From the sequence record DRR378314_17: 64,000 bases of DNA; one strand, 5' to 3'. Positions 9,918-19,856 of this stretch are shown one piece after another; position 1 is the first letter of the stretch; the number at the start of each line of letters is the position of its first letter. The notes beneath the pieces are model-generated. The model saw only the letters and a list, made by a program, of their open reading frames with translations, was not told where the DNA came from and ran no database searches. The translations under genes were made by a program, and so were the position numbers.

Positions 9918-10316
9918 TGACATAACCTGCACAGACGATCCCAGTAGTATTGTCGCGCATGCTGTGGGTTTGGAGGGGCAATCCAAACGGTTTGCCTCAG
10001 TCACGCCTGTCGGGATCGAAGGCGGAGCGGCACGTGACCCTACTGAACATCCAGCACTCCAACAGACGCTTTTGGCGCGCAAAGTCGGTACAATGTGCCT
10101 TGAGCTAACCGAAAGCGATTGGCGCCCAGCCTAGCCGGTCTGCGTTGACTATGCGCCCAAGGGGTGGCGCGAAGGTACAAATCGGTCAAGCGTTGAGTTT
10201 TGAAGTTTTTGGTCTGTCGTCGGACATGAACGATATCGCAGCCATCGGACTGAGACAGGGACAGGATCGCCGCAAACTAGCTCCGAACCCGGAAGCAGAC
10301 GATTTAAGTAAGTTCG

Positions 10317-11033
10317 CTACTCCGCTACCGCCAATTGCAGTGTGCCATCAACTGAGGCCAGGATCGACTTTGGCATCCAAAGGTCGATCGTACGTTCCAA
10401 TACTTTGTCGCCCGAAAAGAATATGCGCCCTTCAGTGACTTCGCGCGAAAAGCTGGATCTGCCATATAAAACTGCGCCAAATGATAATTTGGTCGTCTCA
10501 ATGTACAGGTCTACGTCAAAGGCTGGTACGTCAATACAGGCCTCGACCATTTTGTTGCGAGGCTCATAGACCAGCCAGTACACCGGAAATGGCCCCTCTT
10601 CGTCAGTGAAGTTCATGCGTACTACGACCCGCCGCGGGGGCAGTTCGTCGACGATGACGGCACTGCGCAAACGCCACATAAGCAGTGATAGATCATAGCT
10701 GCAAACAGCCAGTTCCGCCTCGATATGTCGCTGTGCCCACTCGGCGAGAGCATCCAAAATCGGATTAAGTGCTTTAGCTTTATCAGTGGGCAGATAGTCA
10801 ACTGTTCCTTTGGCTTTGTCCTCGACTCTCTCAATCAGATCGAACCGCTCCATCTCGGATAGTCGTTTGGATAATATGGCTGGAGAGATATTGCCAAGCA
10901 CGCGCTTGATATCGCTGAATTTGGTGTACCCACCATAGACCATTTCGGTCAGAATTGGGATTGTCCAGCGAGGCGTCAAAATTTCACAAGCCTTCGAGAC
11001 GGGGCAAATTAATCCATAGGATTTGGTGGGCAT
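10317..11033 (-). CDS. HxlR-family winged-helix regulator with a C-terminal SCP2-like extension
   Basis: Motifs YGLICPVSKACEIL..RWT and FSDIKR..ISPAILSKRL; C-terminal DVDLYIET segment. Confidence 0.85.
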   Translation of the reverse strand: MPTKSYGLICPVSKACEILTPRWTIPILTEMVYGGYTKFSDIKRVLGNISPAILSKRLSEMERFDLIERVEDKAKGTVDYLPTDKAKALNPILDALAEWAQRHIEAELAVCSYDLSLLMWRLRSAVIVDELPPRRVVVRMNFTDEEGPFPVYWLVYEPRNKMVEACIDVPAFDVDLYIETTKLSFGAVLYGRSSFSREVTEGRIFFSGDKVLERTIDLWMPKSILASVDGTLQLAVAE

Positions 11034-11083
11034 TGTCGCAATCCTTTCCCGCCTTCAGCTTACATCCTGCGTCGAGTTCCGAT

Positions 11084-11126
11084 CCAGTTCAGAAATTGTA
11101 TCACGGATTGAATTGTACTGAACTGG
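11084..11126. promoter_or_regulatory. Inverted repeat CCAGTTCAG-N25-CTGAACTGG in the divergent HxlR/DUF1127 promoter
   Basis: Perfect 9-bp arms at 11084-11092 and 11118-11126, with an internal AATTGTA direct repeat. Confidence 0.55.
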
Positions 11127-11184
11127 CCTAAGACTGTTGGGGTGCGCCATGCTTTCTCCGAAACGAGCAGGAGGACGAAGGCTG

Positions 11185-11439
11185 ATGACCGACATCCCAA
11201 ATTCATCCGCACAGACCCTTAGCGGTCTGTTCTGGGTAAGTAGGTTGTGGCGAAGCTTGCAAGCCCGCCATGCTGAACGGACCCTGCACCGGAAGCTGAA
11301 TGAAGCACTGTGCGAACTTAACGCCCCCCAGTTACGAGACATCGGATTTGATAGGGGTGAGTTTACAAATACCGGGAACTACAAAACTAGTTCGGAACAT
11401 CCACGTGATCGCGCGACAATAATCGAAATGACATTTTGA
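11185..11439 (+). CDS. DUF1127-like small protein
   Basis: LCELNAPQLRDIGFDR matches the DUF1127 pattern L..L....L.DIG; GGAGG RBS before the ATG at 11185. Confidence 0.65.
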   Translation: MTDIPNSSAQTLSGLFWVSRLWRSLQARHAERTLHRKLNEALCELNAPQLRDIGFDRGEFTNTGNYKTSSEHPRDRATIIEMTF

Positions 11440-11647
11440 GATTGGCCAAGATCTGCCAAGCATCAAGGAACGAAGCTTTGAGTTGCAACTCATAGCGTAT
11501 CATGTGCCGAAAGCCCGTTTAGTTACGCTGCGTCGGCCTCTATCTGGTCGCTGATCGTGCATATGCGGTGATCGGCCGGTTCGGTTGCGGGCATTCGCGT
11601 TCGGGTTATGATATGACAAGTCCGAGTCCTTTGTGAGCGACAAAGCT

Positions 11648-11680
11648 AAAAAATTGAGCGCGCCGGATTGGACGCGCTCA
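11648..11680 (-). terminator. Rho-independent terminator downstream of the BMP gene
   Basis: On the minus strand a TGAGCGCG...CGCGCTCA stem is followed by a T run. Confidence 0.7.
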
Positions 11681-11777
11681 CCTGGCGGTTACTGCACTCT
11701 CCATTCTTGAGGCGTGGAGAAGCTTGCCTCGTAAGAAGTTCAGCAACGCACCTATTTATCTAAGACCGCAACTTTCA

Positions 11778-12872
11778 TCAGGTTGGCAGCTCACCGTCGA
11801 CACCTTGAACAAACCAATTCATCTCATGTACCTGCTTGTCGGTCAGTGCTTCGCCTTCATCGATAACCATCTCGCCATTTGCGTTGGTGATGGGACCAGC
11901 AAACGGGTTCAGTGTTCCATCTTTCAGCGCTTGTTCGACTTTGGTTGCGGCTGCTTTTACGTCATCTGATAGCGTGTCGTTGTAGGGTGCCATCATGAGG
12001 AGGCCCCCACTTATGCCATCCCAAGTGTGATCGGTTTCCCACGTGCCGTCCAAGACATCTTGCACTCGGCGTATGTAGTATGGCCCCCAATTGTTCACGA
12101 TACCCGTAAGGTGCGCCTTTTGAGCGAATTGTGACATGTCCGCATCCTGTCCGAAGCAGAATACACCTGCCTCCTCGGCTCTCTGGCAGGGGGCCGGGCT
12201 GTTTGTGTGTTGAGTTATAAAGTCAGCGCCCTGGTCGAGCAAAACCTGTGCGGCGTCTGCTTCCAGTGCCGGGTTGTACCAAGTATTGACCCAGACAACT
12301 TTCACCTCGACATCCGGGTTTACCTTTTGTGCCGCCAGCGTGAAGGCATTTATTCCCATGATGACTTCAGGGATTGGGAAAGAAGCAACATAGCCTACGG
12401 TATTCGTCTCGGTCATCATTCCGGCGATGGTTCCAAAGACAACCCGACCTTCGTGGAAACGTGCGTTGTACACGCTGACATTGGGCGCGGTCTTGAAGCC
12501 AGTGTTGTTTTCGAAATGAACATTCGGAAACTTTTCTGCGACTTGCAGGGTTGGTTCCATAAAGCCAAATGAAGCCGTAAAAATCAGCTCATGGCCGGTC
12601 AAAGCAAGCTGAGTGATGACCCGGGTGGCATCAGGGCCCTCAGGTACACTTTCAACAAATGTCGTTTCGATCTGATCGCCAAAATGTGCAATGACGTCTT
12701 GTCGCCCGACCTCATGTCGATGGGACCAGCCGTTGTCGCCAATCGGGCTTGGATAAACAAACCCGACTTTCAGCTTTTCTTCAGCAAAAATTGGTCCTGA
12801 CCCCAACATCATTGAAGCTGCGACGAAAATCCCACCTGCAACTAGCCTATTGAACTTGATCCTGTTTTCCAT
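11778..12872 (-). CDS. BMP-family ABC substrate-binding protein (purine/nucleoside-type)
   Basis: Signal peptide, KVGFVYPSPIGDNGW, FPIPEVIMGINAF and TWYNP motifs; GGGAGG RBS before the ATG at 12872. Confidence 0.9.
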   Translation of the reverse strand: MENRIKFNRLVAGGIFVAASMMLGSGPIFAEEKLKVGFVYPSPIGDNGWSHRHEVGRQDVIAHFGDQIETTFVESVPEGPDATRVITQLALTGHELIFTASFGFMEPTLQVAEKFPNVHFENNTGFKTAPNVSVYNARFHEGRVVFGTIAGMMTETNTVGYVASFPIPEVIMGINAFTLAAQKVNPDVEVKVVWVNTWYNPALEADAAQVLLDQGADFITQHTNSPAPCQRAEEAGVFCFGQDADMSQFAQKAHLTGIVNNWGPYYIRRVQDVLDGTWETDHTWDGISGGLLMMAPYNDTLSDDVKAAATKVEQALKDGTLNPFAGPITNANGEMVIDEGEALTDKQVHEMNWFVQGVDGELPT

Positions 12873-13210
12873 CGAATATCCTCCCTGTTCACCGACCGGA
12901 CGCAACGAACCAAGCGTGTTGTGATATCGTTCTCGCGAATTGCGCCAAGCATCGGGTGACGACATGCATTGCGACGTTGCACGAAGCCTGACACTGTTTC
13001 GGCTTCTTGTGCGGATTTGGTGAGGAAAACTATTGGTCAAATCCCGATGCATTCAAGCGCATACATTCGCTTATTGCGTGCGCAAATTTAGAACGCCTTG
13101 CGGACATTTCCGTATTTAAGGGCATATCAATGCAATCTTTGGCCTGTGTTTCACAGAAGCACACGGCTTGTAGCCGCCGGGCACATAACCTTTAACGGAG
13201 TATTAGTTCG

Positions 13211-14131
13211 TTACCCAGCCGTGGATTTTGCCCCAGCTTCGATTTCCTCCAAGGTCCGCACCAATATTTGTGCCAGAGCTTGTGTCGTCTCTGACATTTG
13301 CGCGGGGTTGCGACCACTGAGTGTCAGAAGTTCGTATATGTTTTGGCCTTCGATCTGGCAGAACAGCAAGTCGCCTCTGGTCACTTCATCGCGCACATCC
13401 GCCCAGGTCAAAAAGCTGACACCAGCACCCTGAATGACAAGCTGCTTTATCGCGCTAACCGAGTTGGACTTAGCTATGGCCTGCGAATTCAGGCCCATAC
13501 GCTGGATCATGGATTTCACGGTTGCATTTAATGACAATGAACGATCCGGAAGAACCAATTGCTGCCCTTGTAATTCCTCTTTCCCAACTACGTTTTTTGA
13601 CCGAAGCTCTGGTGTAGGTTTCATCACAACCCCGATATCCAATCTTGTTTCATAGTGACATCGAAAACCAAGATCTCCGGGCATGTTAAATGCGACAACC
13701 AGGTCTAGTTCGCCCGCAAGCATTTGCTGAACGAGTTGAGATGTTCCGGCCACAACTACGTCAATTGCGACGGACCCATGCTTTTGTCTTACTTCGTCAT
13801 ACACTGTCGCCAGAAAGCCTTCGGCAAAGCACTCCATAATCCCCAACCGCACGTGACCGACGCGCCCTTTCAAGACTTCGATTTCGCTGCGTAGGGTTTG
13901 ATCCTGGATTTGGAGATCCCGGATGTAGTCGACGACCAGTTTTCCAGCCTCGGTCAAGTTCATACCTTTGGCATGGCGCAAGAACAAAGGTGTCCCTAGC
14001 TCCCGCTCCAGATTCAGAACATGTCGATTAATCGCAGAAGGGGCCAGGTTCACTCTTTCTGATGCTTTCCGGATCGAGCCTGAGCTGGCAACAATTTCGA
14101 GAACGTGCGCGGCCTGGGTAATCAGTGGCAT
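13211..14131 (-). CDS. LysR-family transcriptional regulator
   Basis: HTH region GSIRKASERVNLAPSAINRHVLNLERELGTPLF; 306 aa; divergent from the amidohydrolase. Confidence 0.93.
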   Translation of the reverse strand: MPLITQAAHVLEIVASSGSIRKASERVNLAPSAINRHVLNLERELGTPLFLRHAKGMNLTEAGKLVVDYIRDLQIQDQTLRSEIEVLKGRVGHVRLGIMECFAEGFLATVYDEVRQKHGSVAIDVVVAGTSQLVQQMLAGELDLVVAFNMPGDLGFRCHYETRLDIGVVMKPTPELRSKNVVGKEELQGQQLVLPDRSLSLNATVKSMIQRMGLNSQAIAKSNSVSAIKQLVIQGAGVSFLTWADVRDEVTRGDLLFCQIEGQNIYELLTLSGRNPAQMSETTQALAQILVRTLEEIEAGAKSTAG

Positions 14132-14230
14132 AGTGGCGTCCTAATTTTTAGTCTATAATGTCCGATTTATTATCATAGATTGGAACGCCACTAACTCCTA
14201 GCTTTAACAAAAATCAAAAAGGGTAGAGAG

Positions 14231-15601
14231 ATGACACGTGATGTTCTGCTTTGCGCACCGCACGTACTGACCATGGATGCGCGGAATACTGTCTTAAACG
14301 ACGCTGCGGTTCTTGTGCGTGGAAATGAAATTGCCGCTGTTGGATCTCGGGAGCAGCTAGTTCGCGAAAATCCGCAAGCGCATATTCAGGAGTTTCACGA
14401 TAGCTTGCTAATGCCTGGCCTCGTGAACGCGCATTGTCATTCGGGTATTCTGCGTGGAACGGCCGAAGGGCTGCCTGTCTGGGATTGGCTGCGGATGTAT
14501 ATTGATCCCATGCATCGGGTCCTCAATGCGCGTGAAGCAGAAACGGCATCTTGGCTTTGCTATGCAGAATCTGCCCTGTCTGGATCGACGACAATCGTCG
14601 ACATGTGGCGGTACATGCATGGCAGTGCGAAGGCAGCAGATACAATTGGCACGAGGGCAGTGCTTGTGCCGTATGTCGGCGAGCACCCGGACTACAACTA
14701 TTTTGAAACTCTGGATTCCAATGAACAGCTTCTGGAAGACTGGCATCGCAAGTCTGATGGCCGGATCAATGTCTGGGTGGGTCTTGAACATCTTTTCTAT
14801 GCGTCGCCTGAAAAGCACCGGGACTTCATCGATCTCACACTAAAATATGACACTGGCTTCCATACCCACAGCAATGAAGCCGAGATTGAACTACGGGAAA
14901 TGGATCGCCGCTATGGCAAGCGCTCGGTTCATGTTCTCAAGGATCTGGGCTTTTTCGAACCTCGTAGTACCATGCTGGCCCATTGTGTCTGGTTGGACGA
15001 TTCCGAAATCGAAGTCATCGCAGAAAATGGCGTTGGCGTCGCCCACAACCCGGTCAGCAATATGAAACTGGCAAGTGGCATTGCACCTGTGGAAAAGCTA
15101 CTCAAATCTGGTGTTGCGGTTGGTATCGGTACAGACGGCGAAAAAGAGAACAACAACCTCGATATGTTCGACGACATGAAGTGCACGTCGCTTCTTGGAA
15201 AACTGAACAATCTGGACGCCAGCGCATTGGATGCGTGGGAGGTTCTGAGAATGGGCACAATCGACGGCGCAAGAAGCATCGGTCTGGAGAATGAGATCGG
15301 TTCATTGGAAGTCGGCAAGAAAGCTGACATCATTGCGATACAAACCGATACACCGCGGATGACGCCATTGATCAGTGATGGTGAATTTTTCAACCTCCAC
15401 TACAATCTTGTGCATTCAGCCCGGGGCTCGGACGTGGTAATGACCATGGTAGACGGACAACAGATCGTCCGTGATGGACGACTTATGACCGCTGACATAT
15501 CTGATCTGATCGCCCAGGTTCACGAAGTTCTTCCAGGGTTATTTGAGCGCCGCGCGGCATTTCTGGCTGAAAACTCTGATGGTGCGGTGAGTCCTGTTTG
15601 A
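14231..15601 (+). CDS. Amidohydrolase, MTA/SAH-deaminase/Atz-like subgroup
   Basis: Motifs PGLVNAHCH, HTHSNE, LAHCVW, HNPVSNMKLASG, GTDG and GKKAD. Confidence 0.9.
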   Translation: MTRDVLLCAPHVLTMDARNTVLNDAAVLVRGNEIAAVGSREQLVRENPQAHIQEFHDSLLMPGLVNAHCHSGILRGTAEGLPVWDWLRMYIDPMHRVLNAREAETASWLCYAESALSGSTTIVDMWRYMHGSAKAADTIGTRAVLVPYVGEHPDYNYFETLDSNEQLLEDWHRKSDGRINVWVGLEHLFYASPEKHRDFIDLTLKYDTGFHTHSNEAEIELREMDRRYGKRSVHVLKDLGFFEPRSTMLAHCVWLDDSEIEVIAENGVGVAHNPVSNMKLASGIAPVEKLLKSGVAVGIGTDGEKENNNLDMFDDMKCTSLLGKLNNLDASALDAWEVLRMGTIDGARSIGLENEIGSLEVGKKADIIAIQTDTPRMTPLISDGEFFNLHYNLVHSARGSDVVMTMVDGQQIVRDGRLMTADISDLIAQVHEVLPGLFERRAAFLAENSDGAVSPV

Positions 15602-15686
15602 GTGATGGCGCCACCTCTAAAGAGCTATGTTAGCCTTAAGGTAAACCGTTTCGGGCAGACCCCATAGGGCAAAATAGGAAAATCTG

Positions 15687-16157
15687 ATGTGCGATGACCT
15701 GAAATATCTGCGTGAAACCATTAAGATCGCAAAAGAGTGCCGGGAAACGGGCAATCACCCTTTTGGAGCTATTCTGGTTGGCCCTCTTGGTGATATATTA
15801 CTTCGCGCTGGAAACACGTATTCGTATGAAAAAGGTGTTGGGCATGCCGAGTTGAATGTTGCCTGCGCCGCAAGCCGAAAATACCAATCTGAGTATTTGG
15901 AAGAGTGTACGCTTTACACATCAGTGGAGCCGTGTTGCATGTGCGCCGGAGCCTGCTACTGGGCAGGGATCGGAACAGTCGTCTACGGTATGACTGAAAA
16001 GCGATTGGCTGTACTAACCGGAGACAACGAAGAGAATCTCACATTGGGCCTGCCATGTGAAACTGTCTTTGCGGCCGGTCAACGAACAGTAGAAACACGT
16101 GGGCCATTTGCCGAAATCGAAGGAGAAGTTGCCGAGGGCCATGTGGATTTCTGGTAG
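15687..16157 (+). CDS. Zn-dependent nucleoside/nucleobase deaminase (cytidine deaminase fold)
   Basis: Motifs PFGA, HAE and EPCCMC. Confidence 0.9.
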   Translation: MCDDLKYLRETIKIAKECRETGNHPFGAILVGPLGDILLRAGNTYSYEKGVGHAELNVACAASRKYQSEYLEECTLYTSVEPCCMCAGACYWAGIGTVVYGMTEKRLAVLTGDNEENLTLGLPCETVFAAGQRTVETRGPFAEIEGEVAEGHVDFW

Positions 16158-16398
16158 TTTGATGCAAACTCCCAAAACATTTGCACGGTTGTCCTTCAAA
16201 TGTTCAATTGAAATTGCGGGTTTATTGCGCATCTCGAACACCGCAAAGTCTTGTGTGGAATGACTGCTTTGGGCTGCCAACGGTTGCTGATGCGAAAAGC
16301 AATCCAGAGATGGCCGTGTCAATGAAGCTAGATACTTCGAACACGTTCGGCAGCTCCTGAGCCCGAAGTGGTCTTTACGGAATACGATTTGGAATTTG

Positions 16399-18000
16399 TT
16401 ATTGCTCGTCCACTAGGCCTTCCAATTCAAAAGCAGAAATTTGGTCGCCAATTCCCTTTAGGTCAAAGGGTCCAGCCGGTTGCAGTTCGTATTCGATCTG
16501 CCATGCAGTCGCGTGCGAAACTAGGATTTGGTTTTCCACAGCTTGTTCGCAAAGCCGCGAAGCCAAGTTCGGGGCTGGGCCTATGGCAGAGTAGTCACGT
16601 CTACCTTCAAACCCGATTTGGCCCAATGTAGCCGCACCAGTACCAATCCCGATACCGACCCCAAGATGGCGTTCGTCCGAACCTGCCCTAAATGGGACCA
16701 TTGCCTCTCTAACTGCGGTGCGCAGTTCTAATGCGAGGGTTGCGGCTTTCTGAGCCGGGTTTTTCATGGCAACAGGTGCTCCAAACAACACCATTAGGCC
16801 ATCACCAAGAAAGCGCTCAAGAGTTCCTCCGCTTGTGTCGATCAGTGGGCCGCAAGCGCTGTGAAACGCGTTGAGAGCCTCGACAACCTGAGCTGGTGTT
16901 GCGGCATTTGCGAAAGCGGTAAAGCCACGCAGATCGACAAACAGAACGGTGATCTCTGCGCGTTGCGTGCGTAGGACATCAAGTTCATCCGGCGCAGAGA
17001 CAATCATCTCTGCCACCTGAGCCGGCAAAAATCGCCGCAATCGATTTGTACGTTCGATCTCTTCGACCTGCATTTTGACCTTGTCCTCCAGCGCAGAGTT
17101 CAGTCCGGCGAGTTCAGACTTTTGGTTTTCTACCGCATCGTACAACTCGCCCAAATTCTCACTTGTCCGGTTCACATTTTCCGCAAGTTCTCCCAACTCG
17201 TCGCGATTGGATATGCTGACACGTGAATTGAAGCTTCCGACCGCAAGTTTTCCCAGCGCCAACCGGATCCGGTCCAGAGGGCCCGTGATTGAAGTTGAAA
17301 TTGCAAACCCGAGCATCAGGCCAAGTGCGGTTGCAAATCCGGAAACGCCCAAGACCAAACGCTTCGCATGCTCAAATATGGCAGTATTCTCTTCCGCGTT
17401 TGCCTGCATCTCTCGCCCCAGCTCAAAGGAAATCGAAGAGATTATTCGATCAAACGCATTCAGGGCATCAGAAAACTCGGTTTCATAGATCGTTCTCGCT
17501 GCTCTGACTTCGCCTTGCACAAATAGGGTGCGCACTTGCGAGGCGGCCACTTGGACTTCTCGTTCCTTAACAAAAAATTCCTGTTCAAATTCTGGCGTAA
17601 GGAAATAGGTGGCCCTCCTATTGTTTCCTGTTTGCGAAGCAGCAGCACGAAATAATAAAACTTCATCGTAAAACTTACTTGAAAGCTCTTTGTTTTTTGT
17701 TTGGTCTCCGTGGTTCAGGAACAACTCAGCACCGGCGATCTTAATGGACTGGATGCTGCGGCTAATGGATCGCAAGGTACTGATCCGGATCTGATCGTCA
17801 ATCAAATCATCTGTCCTCTCGTTGGCTCGACGCAACTCAGACAGCCCAGTCAGTGCCAACGCAACCATCAGGCCAACTAAGAACAAAAATGCGAAGGGCA
17901 ACTTGAAGCGGATCGGAATAGCAATTCGCCCAATTAGCTCTCCGATCCAACGGAATGGAGCAAACTGCTTCATAAGTGCCACAGAATATTTGAGGGCCAT
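16399..18000 (-). CDS. Membrane class III adenylate/guanylate cyclase (TM, periplasmic domain, TM, HAMP, cyclase)
   Basis: Two TM helices, HAMP (NRDELGELA), and cyclase motifs VLFVDLRGFT, FLGDG and NLASRL; AGGAG RBS before the ATG at 18000. Confidence 0.9.
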   Translation of the reverse strand: MALKYSVALMKQFAPFRWIGELIGRIAIPIRFKLPFAFLFLVGLMVALALTGLSELRRANERTDDLIDDQIRISTLRSISRSIQSIKIAGAELFLNHGDQTKNKELSSKFYDEVLLFRAAASQTGNNRRATYFLTPEFEQEFFVKEREVQVAASQVRTLFVQGEVRAARTIYETEFSDALNAFDRIISSISFELGREMQANAEENTAIFEHAKRLVLGVSGFATALGLMLGFAISTSITGPLDRIRLALGKLAVGSFNSRVSISNRDELGELAENVNRTSENLGELYDAVENQKSELAGLNSALEDKVKMQVEEIERTNRLRRFLPAQVAEMIVSAPDELDVLRTQRAEITVLFVDLRGFTAFANAATPAQVVEALNAFHSACGPLIDTSGGTLERFLGDGLMVLFGAPVAMKNPAQKAATLALELRTAVREAMVPFRAGSDERHLGVGIGIGTGAATLGQIGFEGRRDYSAIGPAPNLASRLCEQAVENQILVSHATAWQIEYELQPAGPFDLKGIGDQISAFELEGLVDEQ

Positions 18001-18736
18001 TGCAAAACTCCTGGTCAAGGAAATGCGTGAGCATCTGCGGGCATTATGTTGGCAATCGGTCAATCCGCCAAATCCAGGCGGGCTCGTTGCGGCACAACAA
18101 ATTATTGGCTCGGTAGTTTGGCAGATTCATTTATGAAGGTGTTCACTGCCTTCGCCTAAAAAGTAGAACTGGCATTGCAGCAAACATTTGCTGCCTGCTG
18201 CACCGGTTTTTGACCAAATTGACGCCTGCCAAAAACTATAGACAGATCGCGAGGACCAACAGAAGATCGGCTCGTTCGCAAAGTGGCCATTTGAATTGAT
18301 CTGTGTAGCGCCTGCGGCGAACAGCAGCTCAGTGGCCTAGTAGAAACAGGAAATCACAGAACGAAGGTCCGCTTACTGGCAAGCGGTCAATTTGCTTTTC
18401 ACCGGAACGGTAACTTTGGTGCGTTTAACGGATTTTGAAATCCGATCCTGTGAATGGCAATTTTGCGCGTAGAGATTAACTGAAACTACCTCGTAAGCGG
18501 ACTCTTTCCGGCTTAATTTGGACCAACCGCAGATCGTCGCGGCTAAACAGCGACTTCAACCTATTGACCAACTCGTCCGGTGAGAGGCGATGCGTCAACT
18601 CAGCGAACTAGCGCTATGATTTTTTCGCTGATCGGCGTGAGGTTCGACAATCGGCTTCGTTTCAATCATTTAGCGGCAGTCGGTCTCGTCGATATCGGAA
18701 GAGTGTCTCCCAGTCTTAAACAGTTGAAGGCCACTC

Positions 18737-19318
18737 ATGAATTCCTTCGAAGGCGAACAAAACTCGAAGGATGCGATCCTGTGCGCGGTTTCTTCTATGC
18801 TCGGAATGGCGTGTCATACAGCGATCTGGAAGAAATCATGTGCGAACGAGGTGTCCCGTTGACTACACTAGACTAAACAGATGGAACACGCGGTATTTCG
18901 CTGCAATCGCTGAAGCAGCGCATCGACGGAAAGGGCGTTGCGACCGATTCTGGAGAATGGGTGAGACTTACATCAAAGTGAAAGGAGTGTGGATTTATCT
19001 CTTCCGAGCTGCCGACCAATACGGCAAAACGCTCGAATCCTTGCTTTCACAGCACTGACACAAGCCGGTTTCCACAATGTTTCTCACCCGAATGCTGGAG
19101 TGTAATGGTTCGCTACGAAAGATCATCATCGATCAGAGCAGTGCCAATACTGCAGTTATCAAGGTTATCCATAAATTGCTCAAAGGTATTAGTTACCCGA
19201 ACTAATCGAGATGGTGAGGTAGAAACCCCTCAACAAGGGCGGCGAATAGCACTATCGGTTCATGAAACGCCGGAACTCGCATCCGCGTCAATCTAATCCC
19301 AAAACTTGAGATACAGCC
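18737..19318 (+). mobile_element. Degenerate IS6-family transposase remnant
   Basis: Frameshifted pieces MNSFEG..KDAILCAV / FFYARNGVSYSDLEEIMCERGV / LNRW / WRMGETYIKVKGVWIYLFRAADQYGKT match IS6 motifs, with the catalytic DETY changed to GETY. A possible decayed terminal repeat lies near 19305-19318. Confidence 0.85.
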
Positions 19319-19410
19319 TCTCAACATTGATCAGGCCTCCCTTTTCTGTATCCTTCCATAGAAGGTGGTCGGCACCTTGATCGAGCACCGAATAGGCGAG
19401 GGCGCGGCCA

Positions 19411-19776
19411 ATGAAATACACCAGAGACGGACATTGGCTGCGATCAGCAGGCGAGTTCATACAAGTTGGGTTGGCTCCTCAGTTGGTTCAGAAATTTGGG
19501 GAGGTCATTTTTGTAGAGCTCGCCAATCCCGACGTCGTATTAAAGCGAGGCGAGGATGTTGGAGTGGTCGAATCCAATAAGGCTGTTTCGGACATCGTCA
19601 TGCCGTTGACTGGTGCAATCACAGCGGTAAACGAAGTAATACTGAAGCACCCTGAATTCGTCGGCAATGACCCTTTGGGTCAGGGGTGGCTGTTTGAAAT
19701 GGCACCTCAGCAACGCGATGAACTACAGGATTTGATAACCGAGGATGAGTATCTGACGCTGGTCGTAACGGCATAA
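19411..19776 (+). CDS. gcvH: Glycine cleavage H-protein-like lipoyl carrier (orphan, divergent)
   Basis: Motifs KYT..W, GEVIFVEL, VESNKAVSD (lipoyl Lys) and NDPLGQGWLF. Confidence 0.85.
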   Translation: MKYTRDGHWLRSAGEFIQVGLAPQLVQKFGEVIFVELANPDVVLKRGEDVGVVESNKAVSDIVMPLTGAITAVNEVILKHPEFVGNDPLGQGWLFEMAPQQRDELQDLITEDEYLTLVVTA

Positions 19777-19796
19777 GTACCTGAGCAGACAAAAGG

Positions 19797-19826
19797 TTGA
19801 CTGGAGGCAGATGCGAAGGTCATAAT
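19797..19826 (+). promoter_or_regulatory. Candidate sigma70 promoter for the lipoprotein-glycosyltransferase unit
   Basis: TTGACT-N18-CATAAT, ending 30 nt before the ATG at 19857, which has a GAGGT RBS. Confidence 0.5.
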
Positions 19827-19856
19827 CGATTTATTGTATATGCATGAGGTGGACCG

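Noticed and set aside
9910-10316. Short ORFs between coxG and the HxlR gene
   Set aside because: No clear RBS or family motifs; probably intergenic or decayed DNA.
14132-14230. LysR T-N11-A box in the divergent promoter
   Set aside because: The region is AT-rich with only weak dyad symmetry; no specific site could be supported.
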